42,236 nt of DNA from Deltaproteobacteria bacterium (lineage in GTDB: Bacteria; Desulfobacterota; Anaeroferrophillalia; Anaeroferrophillales; Tharpellaceae): contig DAOVTG010000002.1 in assembly GCA_030633185.1 (NCBI GenBank), positions 1 to 42,236 of the forward strand, given 5' to 3'. The translations under genes and the position numbers were made by a program. Numbering within the stretch: position 1 is the first letter of the stretch; each line of letters opens with the position of its first letter. The notes under the pieces were generated by a model. It had not been told where the DNA came from, did no database searches, and saw only the letters and a list, made by a program, of their open reading frames with translations. Shown here in pieces: positions 1 through 7,795 of the stretch.

Positions 1-328
1 AGGTGACGACCACGGCATTAGGTTTCTCCCGGCGCATTTTTCGTATGGCTGAGGCCTCAGCCATATCTGCCAAACCGCAGCCGCAGTCCAAACGCGGCAA
101 AAGCACTTTTTTATCAGGTGCCAGGATGGCGGCGCTTTCAGCCATGAAACGAACCCCGCAAAAAACAATTACCGGGTTATCAAGTCGGGCCGCATCGACG
201 CTTAAACCCAATGAATCGCCGGTAATGTCGGCAATCTTCTGGATCTCCGGGGGTTCATAGTTGTGGGCTAGAATAACGGCTTGGCGCTCTTTTTTTAGTT
301 GGTTAATCTTTTTTATTAAATCTTGCAT
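1..328 (-). CDS. nadA: Quinolinate synthase NadA, N-terminal part (gene runs off the left edge of the window)
   Basis: Absent from the ORF track because it has no stop in the window. Hand translation of the minus strand from the ATG at 326-328 gives [89 protein letters not shown]..., a typical NadA N-terminus. Track ORFs 3..260 and 261..542 (+) are its antisense shadow. Confidence 0.8.
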   Translation of the reverse strand, partial: MQDLIKKINQLKKERQAVILAHNYEPPEIQKIADITGDSLGLSVDAARLDNPVIVFCGVRFMAESAAILAPDKKVLLPRLDCGCGLADMAEASAIRKMRREKPNAVVVT

Positions 329-396
329 GGATTTAGTCTCTTACTTGGTAAATATTCAGGTACCCATCATAAAAGTTATAATAGATAGCGGCGAAC

Positions 397-463
397 TTTG
401 CTTCGCTCTCTTCGACGGGGTCAAAGCTGGGGTGCTGGCGCATCTTGTTCCAGCAATGACCCC
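397..463. repeat. Intergenic palindromic repeat unit, copy D. TTTGCTTCGC terminus followed by a GGGGTCA..GCTGG / CCAGC..TGACCCC hairpin.
   Basis: TTTGCTTCGC at 397-406. GGGGTCA at 417-423 pairs with TGACCCC at 457-463, and GCTGG at 426-430 pairs with CCAGC at 450-454. About 80% similar by eye to the left arm of the 3803-3842 element. Confidence 0.6.
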
Positions 464-489
464 ACCCGAGCTAGTCGGGTGTTGGTTAG

Positions 490-1299
490 TTATTTGCCCA
501 ATTCCTGTGAACGTTTACAGGCGCTTTTTAAGGCTTCGTTGAAGGCGTGGCGCAGGCCATATCGTTCAAGTTCGGCAAGGCCCGTAATCGTGGTGCCGCC
601 GGGTGAGGTCACCATATCCTTTAACTCCATTGGATGTTTGCCGCTTTTTTTGAGCATCTCGGTTGATCCGAGAACGGTCTCGATAACCAGTTTTCGAGCC
701 AGATCCCGGGCCAGGCCGAGACCGACGGCGGCATCAAGCATGGCCTCAATGACGAGGAAAATATAAGCCGGGCCGCTGCCGGAGACTGCCGTAACCATAT
801 CCATTGAGCTTTCCGGAACCAGGACGGTTTCGCCCAGGCAGGCGAAGATATTTTCGGCTATCTCCAGATGTTTTTCCAGGGCCTGGCTGCCGACCGCAAT
901 TGCCGAGATTCCCCGGTTGATCAGGGCCGGAGTGTTGGGCATAATACGGATTGTCGGAACCGGTTTCTGCAATGGTTTTTCAAGACGTTTGCAGGGTACC
1001 CCGGCGGCGATCGAGATGAGCAGTTTTTCGGTTGTCAGTGAGCTTGCGATTTCGGCCATGACAGCGTCGATGATCTGTGGTTTGACGGCGAGAATAATAA
1101 TGTCGCTGTTTAAGACCAGCTCACGGTTATCTTGTGAAACCGTAACTTGCAAATTTTCTTTGAGAAGTTCGCGGCAGTCGCCGGCCGCATCCCAGGCCGA
1201 GATGGTCGGGCTTTGTGGGGCGGCCCGCAGGCCTTTGATAATAGCCTGTCCCATATTGCCGCCGCCGATAATGCCGATACGGTAGGTTGATAGATCCAT
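490..1299 (-). CDS. proC: Pyrroline-5-carboxylate reductase
   Basis: 269 aa. N-terminal Rossmann motif IGIIGGGNMGQAII and a ProC-like C-terminal dimerisation region (SPGGTT). AAGGA ribosome-binding site upstream of the ATG. Confidence 0.9.
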   Translation of the reverse strand: MDLSTYRIGIIGGGNMGQAIIKGLRAAPQSPTISAWDAAGDCRELLKENLQVTVSQDNRELVLNSDIIILAVKPQIIDAVMAEIASSLTTEKLLISIAAGVPCKRLEKPLQKPVPTIRIMPNTPALINRGISAIAVGSQALEKHLEIAENIFACLGETVLVPESSMDMVTAVSGSGPAYIFLVIEAMLDAAVGLGLARDLARKLVIETVLGSTEMLKKSGKHPMELKDMVTSPGGTTITGLAELERYGLRHAFNEALKSACKRSQELGK

Positions 1300-1310
1300 T
1301 ATTTTTCCTT

Positions 1311-2255
1311 TTACTCCTCAAGTTGGGCTAAAATACCTGCGACCAGCAGGGGAAACATGATTTCGTGGTGGCCGATGAGTTGGTAGCCCTGGCCGCTGCC
1401 CATGGTCGGGCGTTTGACAACATTTTCAAAAGGTCGATAGTGGCGGTTGAAATCCATGTTGACGGTGGTCAGGTTATCAACTTTATGGCCGAGGTTGCGG
1501 GCCAGTGAGATGGCTTTGAGAAAAACCTCGGGCAGGATTACGGCTGAACCAAGATTGATGTAGACGCCGCCTTCAAGTTGCGCTACCAGACCGCAAAACT
1601 TGTCGAAATCCTTAAAACTGGAGCGGCCGATAGCCGCTCCATCGGCGGCCGCATGCATATGGATGATATCGGTACCGATGGCGACATGGACGGTGACCGG
1701 GATCTGCATTCGGTAGCATTGTCCTAAAAGGCTCATTTCTCGATTCGGTAGTTTCTCTTCCCAGATCATCCGGCCGACGGCGGCTCCTAAGCCGAGTCCT
1801 TCCCGGTCTCCCAATAAAATTGCCCGGTTTAAAAGTTCTCCGGTCTCCTGAGCCATGCCGAAATCGCCGCCGGTGATTCCAGCAGCGACCTCTTCGGAGG
1901 TATGGCCGGCATAAGCCAGTTCGAAATCATGAATAATCCCGGCCCCATTTAAGGCAATACCATTCAGTATCCCTTTTTCAACCAGTTGTAAAATTAATGG
2001 GGTCAGGCCGACCTTGATGACATGGGCCCCCATGCCGAGCAGGATCGAGCGTTGTTGCCGGAAGGCTGTGATGATGGCACTGATGATGTTTTTCAGGTCA
2101 TCGGCTGCGAGAAAACCGGGCAGTTTGTCAAGCAGGTCGCCAACTCTCTCTCTTCCGGTCAGTTTTCCGGCGAAATGGTTGATGCTGACTTTACTCGGGC
2201 GCGATGCCAGAGGGTAGGTGCCCAATTTTTTTTTGTCGAGTTCAATATTGTCCAT
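1311..2255 (-). CDS. Deoxyhypusine synthase-like family protein (function unknown)
   Basis: The track ORF 1311..2393 is over-extended into the upstream gene. I start at MDNIELDKK (ATG 2253-2255), 1 nt after the upstream stop. The segment LLGMGAHVIKVGLTPLILQLVEKGILNGIALNGAGIIHDFELAY matches the DHS-family pattern as I remember it. Confidence 0.55.
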   Translation of the reverse strand: MDNIELDKKKLGTYPLASRPSKVSINHFAGKLTGRERVGDLLDKLPGFLAADDLKNIISAIITAFRQQRSILLGMGAHVIKVGLTPLILQLVEKGILNGIALNGAGIIHDFELAYAGHTSEEVAAGITGGDFGMAQETGELLNRAILLGDREGLGLGAAVGRMIWEEKLPNREMSLLGQCYRMQIPVTVHVAIGTDIIHMHAAADGAAIGRSSFKDFDKFCGLVAQLEGGVYINLGSAVILPEVFLKAISLARNLGHKVDNLTTVNMDFNRHYRPFENVVKRPTMGSGQGYQLIGHHEIMFPLLVAGILAQLEE

Positions 2256-2256
2256 T

Positions 2257-2841
2257 TTACGAGGCCATCTCTTTTTCGACCAGGCAGCAGAGCAGGTGAC
2301 CCAGGAGGAGGTGAACCTCCTGGATACGGGCCGTGTCGGTAGCTGGCACCAGCAGGGCGATATCGCAGAGTTTAAGGCAGTCGCCGCCGTCACGACCGAG
2401 CAGGCCGATGGTCGTCATTTTCAGCTCTCGGGCCTGTTTTAAGCCAGCCGTAATATTTGCCGAAGTTCCGCTAGTGCTAAGGGCTATGGCAATGTCGCCG
2501 GCCCGGCCGAGGCCTTCAAGCTGACGGACAAAAAGTTCGCTAAAGGAGTAGTCGTTGGCGATTGAGGTAACCACTGCGGAGTCACAAGTCAAGGCCAGGG
2601 CCGCCAGCGGCCGCCGGTCAAGCAGGAAACGATTGATCAGTTCGGCTGCCAGATGCTGGGCCTGGGTGGCACTGCCGCCATTGCCGAAGAAGAGGATTTT
2701 TTTGCCCTCTTTCAAGGCTGTGCAGCAGGTTTTTACAGCCTTATCTAGAGCCGGGCCGCAGTCATTGCAAACGCTTGTCAATAACTCCTGTAATTGGGCC
2801 GCCGCTTCATTTAATGGGGTAAATGTCTGTTTGTTATCCAT
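2257..2841 (-). CDS. SIS-domain protein (phosphoheptose isomerase GmhA / DiaA-like)
   Basis: FFGNGGSATQAQHLAAEL...IALSTSGTSANI...LLGRDGG is the GmhA/DiaA SIS signature. Start trimmed to MDNKQTF (ATG 2839-2841). Confidence 0.75.
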   Translation of the reverse strand: MDNKQTFTPLNEAAAQLQELLTSVCNDCGPALDKAVKTCCTALKEGKKILFFGNGGSATQAQHLAAELINRFLLDRRPLAALALTCDSAVVTSIANDYSFSELFVRQLEGLGRAGDIAIALSTSGTSANITAGLKQARELKMTTIGLLGRDGGDCLKLCDIALLVPATDTARIQEVHLLLGHLLCCLVEKEMAS

Positions 2842-2878
2842 GTTTTTTATGTATCCTATTAAGGGCTTTGAAATCAAG

Positions 2879-3739
2879 TTACTTATCCGGGCTCGGAAAA
2901 AAATCAAGTTTGGGAACCTTGTCGATCAAACCAAGATCATTGGCGCTTTGGTAAAAAAGATCAAGGCCTTCAAGGGCCCGTTGGTCAAGTTTATAGGAGA
3001 TAGCCTGACGCCAGTAAGTGAGCAGTTGAGAGGGGGTGATTGGCGTCTCTTGCCCCCTTTTTAAAGTGGTAGAAGTGGCCAAGTCGGCGATTTTTTCCGG
3101 TAGTTCTGTAATAATTTTTCTCAGGCACTGATGCAGTTCAATAACCGCCAAGCTCTTTTCCGGCAAAACCGCTTTGCGGCCGATCCAGAGGGCGTAGACA
3201 AAAGGCAGGCCGGTAAATTGGTGCCAGAGGCGGCCTAAATCGTAGACCTTAAAACCGGTTGGTGGCTTATGGTAGAGTTCTAAAGCCTGATCGCCGATGA
3301 TCAGGGCGGCCTCCCGGGTTTGGTTTGGGGTAAATTCTTCGGTGGTAAAGGTGATACTTTCCGGATCAAGTCCCTGGAAACGAAACAGGATGATCTTTAA
3401 GAGAAAAATGGAAGTCAATGAGTGAGCGGTCAGAGAGATGCCACAATTATTGAGTTTGGAGATGGGTCGGCGACTTAAGAGGATGACACTGCGAACCTCG
3501 GTAAGCGAGGTGATGGCGATGTCGGGTAACACAAAATAATCACCTTTAGGGCTTGCGGCTGGCAGGATCGAGGAGGAGGGACTTATGTCGATTTTACCAT
3601 CTTTAAGACCCTCATTAAGCTGGGCTGGATGGCCGATTTTTAAGGTGAAGCTGTTGTCGTTTAGAGTCTCTTGCAACTGGTGGTAGAGAGGCTGGCAATT
3701 TAGATAGTTGATCTGGCCAAGATTGAGATGGTGTAGCAT
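2879..3739 (-). CDS. mqnA: MqnA-like chorismate dehydratase (futalosine-type menaquinone pathway family)
   Basis: 286 aa. N-terminal LNLGQINYLNCQPLY motif and a periplasmic-binding-protein-like length, typical of the MqnA/MqnD family. Confidence 0.6.
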   Translation of the reverse strand: MLHHLNLGQINYLNCQPLYHQLQETLNDNSFTLKIGHPAQLNEGLKDGKIDISPSSSILPAASPKGDYFVLPDIAITSLTEVRSVILLSRRPISKLNNCGISLTAHSLTSIFLLKIILFRFQGLDPESITFTTEEFTPNQTREAALIIGDQALELYHKPPTGFKVYDLGRLWHQFTGLPFVYALWIGRKAVLPEKSLAVIELHQCLRKIITELPEKIADLATSTTLKRGQETPITPSQLLTYWRQAISYKLDQRALEGLDLFYQSANDLGLIDKVPKLDFFPSPDK

Positions 3740-3802
3740 TATTTTTATTCTCTGGTTTTAAAGTAAAAAGCACCCTGAAGAAGTTAGAGAAAGCCAAGTA
3801 GC

Positions 3803-4085
3803 TTTGCTTCGCCCTGCTTCGCGTGGGGACAGGCTGCGGGTAGTTATTGGTTGTTTGTAGATCTTGACACTGTAATATTTTCTAAATGTTGGTTACACCC
3901 GTAAAACCCTGTCCCCGCATTGAGGTGGGGCGGGGTAAAAACCCGGGCCTTTTACCGAGCCTCCGACCGGCGGGGACTGGGTCTTGCGGCTATAACCGAC
4001 AATCAATAGCCAATGTAGTGTCAAACCGCAACGTTAACCAAGCTTTACCCGCAGCCTGTCCCCACGCGAAGCAGGGCGAAGCAAA
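3803..4085. repeat. Inverted dimer of the intergenic repeat unit, with perfect 40-bp terminal inverted repeats flanking 203 bp
   Basis: 3803-3842 (TTTGCTTCGCCCTGCTTCGCGTGGGGACAGGCTGCGGGTA) is the exact reverse complement of 4046-4085. The interior is an imperfect palindrome; both halves carry TTGGTT, TTGACACT and a GGGGAC./TGTCCCC pair (3825-3831/3910-3916 and 3973-3979/4057-4063). Confidence 0.85.
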
Positions 4086-4109
4086 AGTCGTCGGCGTTCT
4101 CGATGTTAA

Positions 4110-5393
4110 TTAAAAGTTATCGAAAAGACTCCCGTAGTCCAGACCCCGAGCCCCGCTGTTAAGGTTCAAGCGGTCTCCCTGTTGACTCCAGAATGAGAAG
4201 TGCGGAGGCTGCGGCGTGGCCGTCCGGGTTATAACCGCATAAAAAAAGAGGGCTGCAAAGAAGTTGTCTCTTTTGAGCAGTTGTTTGATCCGTTTGTCAC
4301 CGCGGCCTAAGCGGTAGAGCAGGGAGACGATATCTTTGGTGGCGTGGCGCTGAAAACGGGGCAGGCTGAAACGCTGACTTAAGGGTTTTAGGTGTTCTTC
4401 GACCTTTTCCTGAACCAGGTTGAGGCGGATTCCATCGGCCAGCGGATATTCATTGAGAAGGCCGGGCAGAAGCAGGGCGATGATCGTCATTTTTTCGAGT
4501 TCATTGTTATTGTCGATTACCGGATAGAAAGCTTCAATCTGTTGTATAATGGGGATCGCGGCTTTGCTGTTGTCGGCAATTTGTTGAGGCAGCCAATGGT
4601 GGTTAATATGGTAGAGGTCGCCTAGAGACAACAGGGCTGAGGTGGTTTTTTTAGTGTAGAGTCCCTTTAACTCTTCACGTAAACGGCTGGCCGGTACATC
4701 AGCCAGGGCCGGGGCTTGGGCCTGAAGGCCTTTGCCGGTTTCGTCTTCAATCTTAAAATTAAGCCGGCAGGCAAATTCCAGGGCCCGTAAAATCCGAACC
4801 GGATCCTCGGCAAAACGGGTCTCTGGGTCGCCGATAATTCGAATGATGCCATCTTCAAGATCTCGCAGTCCGCCGGCGTAATCAATGACGGAAAAATCGG
4901 CGATATTGTAGAAGAGGGCATTAACGGTGAAATCCCGGCGTTGGGCGTCTTCGGCCGGAGAGCCGAAGAGATTGTTGGCCAGTTCCGGTTGCTCCTTGAT
5001 GCGTTCGAGGTCGTCATATTCTGAGGTAACCGGTCGGCGAAAGGTCGCGATTTCAAAAATTTGCGGGGTTGAGCGGGAGCGGTCATAGAAAAAGATATGA
5101 ACCAAGCGGAACCGACGGCCGATAATACGCGAGTTGCGGAACAATCTTTTGATCTGTTTGGGGCTGGCATCAGTGACGATATCAAAGTCAGCGGGGGTTT
5201 CTCCCAGAAGCATATCCCGGACGGCACCACCGGCAAGATAGGCGGTAAAGCCGTTGTTTTTGAGCCGGTAGAGGATCTTGGTTGCATTGTGGGCTATTTT
5301 TTTACGGGAGATCGGATGGGCTGAACGGGGGATGATAACCGGTTCGGAAGCTGGTTCTTGCCGGTTACCGGTTGAAGCGTTAATGGATGTCAT
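4110..5393 (-). CDS. pcnB: Poly(A) polymerase I / tRNA nucleotidyltransferase family (PcnB-like)
   Basis: 427 aa. The motif YLAGGAVRDMLLG..P.DFDIVT..IIGRRFRLVHIFF is the PcnB-type nucleotidyltransferase head. Confidence 0.8.
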   Translation of the reverse strand: MTSINASTGNRQEPASEPVIIPRSAHPISRKKIAHNATKILYRLKNNGFTAYLAGGAVRDMLLGETPADFDIVTDASPKQIKRLFRNSRIIGRRFRLVHIFFYDRSRSTPQIFEIATFRRPVTSEYDDLERIKEQPELANNLFGSPAEDAQRRDFTVNALFYNIADFSVIDYAGGLRDLEDGIIRIIGDPETRFAEDPVRILRALEFACRLNFKIEDETGKGLQAQAPALADVPASRLREELKGLYTKKTTSALLSLGDLYHINHHWLPQQIADNSKAAIPIIQQIEAFYPVIDNNNELEKMTIIALLLPGLLNEYPLADGIRLNLVQEKVEEHLKPLSQRFSLPRFQRHATKDIVSLLYRLGRGDKRIKQLLKRDNFFAALFFYAVITRTATPQPPHFSFWSQQGDRLNLNSGARGLDYGSLFDNF

Positions 5394-5490
5394 AAAGGGG
5401 GTTTCTTGTAAAATATTTGTCGGGCTGTTTTTACAGGTTGAGTTTTTGTCCTTCTTACAGTATGTACAGAGGTTCGGAACTATAGCAGAG

Positions 5491-6252
5491 ATGGGCTGTT
5501 TTCGTAAAGTCTTTTGTGGAGTAAATAAGACAATGGCCGGAGGAAAAGTCGAGCAGAGCCGGGTTGAATTGGAGAAAGAGCTGAGTCTGGCCCGTGAAGA
5601 GATTCGGATCTTGAAAGATCAGTTTGACTCCATATTTTCCGAACAGGGTGACCGTAATGCGGCTGAAATTTTGCGGGAAGCCGCTTTTCAGCAGGCCGTT
5701 CTGATTGCCGAGCTGCGTGAGAAAGAGGGGGTCTTGAAAAAACTGGTGATCACTGATGGTTTGACCGGACTCTATAATCATCGCCATTTTCAGCGGCGTT
5801 TACGCGAGGAGTTTGACCGTATTAAACGCTACTCCGGGGAGCTCTCCCTGATCATGATCGATATCGACAATTTCAAAAATTACAATGACACTCATGGTCA
5901 TCCGGCGGGAGATAAGGTGCTTTCGATGGTGGCTAAAATTTTGTTGGCCAACACCCGGCACAGTGACATCGTGGCTCGTTATGGTGGTGAAGAGTTTGTC
6001 GCTCTCTGTCATGGCGGGATCGAGGATACGGCCGGCGTGGCTGAACGTTTTCGGCGGGAAATCGAGAAGGCCGAGATTCCCGGCCAGGAACAGCAGCCTC
6101 TGTTGGCGGGTCAGACTGAAGGTTGTTTGACAATCTGCCTCGGGGTGGCGGCCTGTGATGCGTCGATGGGTGAACCGGGTGTGCTGGTTGAGCGGGCTGA
6201 TGAAAAACTCTATCAGGCCAAGAGAGAGGGGAGGAACCGGGTTGTTTATTAA
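5491..6252 (+). CDS. Diguanylate cyclase (coiled-coil N-terminus plus GGDEF domain)
   Basis: DGLTGLYNHRHF...IDIDNFKNYNDTHGHPAGD...RYGGEEF...ADEKLYQAKREGRNRV. The track start 5278 overlaps pcnB. Plausible starts are ATG 5491 or ATG 5533 (GGAG lies 11 nt upstream of the latter). Confidence 0.8.
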   Translation: MGCFRKVFCGVNKTMAGGKVEQSRVELEKELSLAREEIRILKDQFDSIFSEQGDRNAAEILREAAFQQAVLIAELREKEGVLKKLVITDGLTGLYNHRHFQRRLREEFDRIKRYSGELSLIMIDIDNFKNYNDTHGHPAGDKVLSMVAKILLANTRHSDIVARYGGEEFVALCHGGIEDTAGVAERFRREIEKAEIPGQEQQPLLAGQTEGCLTICLGVAACDASMGEPGVLVERADEKLYQAKREGRNRVVY

Positions 6253-6271
6253 TTTTTTCTCCCGGTTTAGG

Positions 6272-7771
6272 GTGTCCTCTTTCATTAAGCTTCTGGTCAG
6301 CTTGAATGTTGTATTGATTCTGGCACTCTTAGTTTTTCCGGGTTCTGTATTAGTTTCAGGATTCTCTCTGATTGTTCACGCGTTCATAGCAGTTGCGCTC
6401 TCCTGGTTTATGGTCAAAGTCGTCTGGCCGGTTCGGGCCAGTCTGGATCAACTTCTGTTATTTGTGGAGAAACATAAGACCAGCGGTCAGGAAAAAATCA
6501 ATTCGGACACAGTGATCAGTATGGGCCGCTACCGGGGAATCCTGGATAGTACTACTCATCTTCTCGAAGACCAGTACGAGGATCTCCTCTCCCATAGCCG
6601 GCAACTGGAAAATTTTTCCCGGGTTCTGGAAAATCAGAATCGCTCACTCAATGAAAGACGGGCGCGTTATCGGCGCACTCTGGATGCCCTTGAGAACGGT
6701 GTCTATCTGATTGATGATAATTATGTTATTCAGTCAATTAATCGGGCTGAGGCGGCTTATTTCGGGGCCACGCCGAAAGAGCTGGTCGGCAAATATTGTT
6801 ATCAGGTTTTCCGTCATCGTAAAAGTCCTTGTCCCGACTGCATGCCGCGTGACTGTATGGCGGACGGTCAAAGCCGTGATCGTTTGCGGGCTGAAGGGCG
6901 TCGGGCCGGGCGTAAGTATGTCAATATTTTTTGTTATCCGGTTTTTCACGAGGGTGAGACCAAAAGCCATGAGGTGGTGATCTATCTTCAGGATGCCAGC
7001 CCTCTGGTGATGATGGAAGATCAGCTTATAAAGACTGAAAAAATGGCTAGTATCGGGCAGATGGCGGCCGGTATCGCCCATGATCTGAACAACTATCTGG
7101 CCGCGATCTACGGGATTGTGCAGCTTTTGCAGATGCGTTTTGAAGCGGCTTCCGAAGGGCGGGAAAAAGATTTGAAGTTGCTTGGCAGACTTAAAGGGCA
7201 GGTTGAAGCCTTAAATCTGATGGCTGGGAACCTGATGGTTTTTTCTCACCCCGAACGTAAAGAGATGTTTCCTCTTTCTCTAAATCAAGTAATTGAGGAC
7301 GCCCTCTCTTTCAGCCGTTATGAACTGGAACGGGATCAGGTTGGCGTGGTCAAGGATTTTCAGGAGGGATTGGTTTCCGCCCGGATGGAAAAGGGGCAGA
7401 TTCAGCAGGTCATTTTGAACTTGATGATTAATGCCGCGCAGGCGATTCGGGAGCGGAAAGCTCAACATGATGATGGTTTTACCGGTCAGGTCGTGGTGGT
7501 AACCGGCTTGGAAGATGAAAAGCATATTTTTTTCTCCATTAGTGATAATGGCACAGGCATCAGTCCGGAGTGCCAAAAACATCTTTTCGATCCCTTCTTT
7601 TCGACCAAAGAGGTTAGACCCGAGGGTGGAGCCACCGGTCTGGGTCTCTTTACGGCCCAAACAATTGTGGGCCAGCATCAGGGGGCGATCAGTTTCAGCA
7701 GTGAAATCGGCAAAGGGAGTTCATTCAAAGTTGTTCTTCCGTTGCGACAGGAAGATGATGTCTGTGCCTAA
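6272..7771 (+). CDS. Sensor histidine kinase (2 TM, PAS with Cys-rich insert, HisKA, HATPase_c)
   Basis: H-box AAGIAHDLNNYL, N-box LMINAAQA and G-boxes DNGTGI / GTGLGL. The PAS-like region carries CYQVFRHRKSPCPDCMPRDC. The track ATG 6155 overlaps the upstream gene by 98 nt, so I prefer the in-frame GTG at 6272, just before the first TM segment. The start remains uncertain. Confidence 0.75.
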   Translation: MSSFIKLLVSLNVVLILALLVFPGSVLVSGFSLIVHAFIAVALSWFMVKVVWPVRASLDQLLLFVEKHKTSGQEKINSDTVISMGRYRGILDSTTHLLEDQYEDLLSHSRQLENFSRVLENQNRSLNERRARYRRTLDALENGVYLIDDNYVIQSINRAEAAYFGATPKELVGKYCYQVFRHRKSPCPDCMPRDCMADGQSRDRLRAEGRRAGRKYVNIFCYPVFHEGETKSHEVVIYLQDASPLVMMEDQLIKTEKMASIGQMAAGIAHDLNNYLAAIYGIVQLLQMRFEAASEGREKDLKLLGRLKGQVEALNLMAGNLMVFSHPERKEMFPLSLNQVIEDALSFSRYELERDQVGVVKDFQEGLVSARMEKGQIQQVILNLMINAAQAIRERKAQHDDGFTGQVVVVTGLEDEKHIFFSISDNGTGISPECQKHLFDPFFSTKEVRPEGGATGLGLFTAQTIVGQHQGAISFSSEIGKGSSFKVVLPLRQEDDVCA

Positions 7772-7795
7772 CCCGAAATTAAACAGGTTGTATCG

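Noticed and set aside
3-542. Track ORFs 3..260 and 261..542 on the + strand
   Set aside because: They lie antisense to a minus-strand frame with a clear NadA N-terminus (ATG 326-328). Their own translations are low-complexity with no recognisable motifs or ribosome-binding site.
3886-4113. 75-aa + strand ORF inside the inverted-repeat element
   Set aside because: It runs through the right 40-bp arm of the repeat and is Pro/Gly/Arg-rich. It has no ribosome-binding site, and the region is better explained as a palindromic non-coding element.
4667-5287. 206-aa alternative-frame ORF within pcnB (same strand)
   Set aside because: It has the Pro/Ser/Arg-rich composition typical of an off-frame reading of a GC-richer gene. 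The pcnB frame carries the conserved nucleotidyltransferase motifs.
6155-6271. ATG 6155 as the histidine-kinase start, and similar long 5' extensions of track ORFs 1311..2393, 2257..2907, 14737.., 31041.. and 5278..
   Set aside because: The extensions overlap the preceding gene in another frame and add non-homologous residues. Downstream starts fit the conserved N-termini and the gene spacing better.
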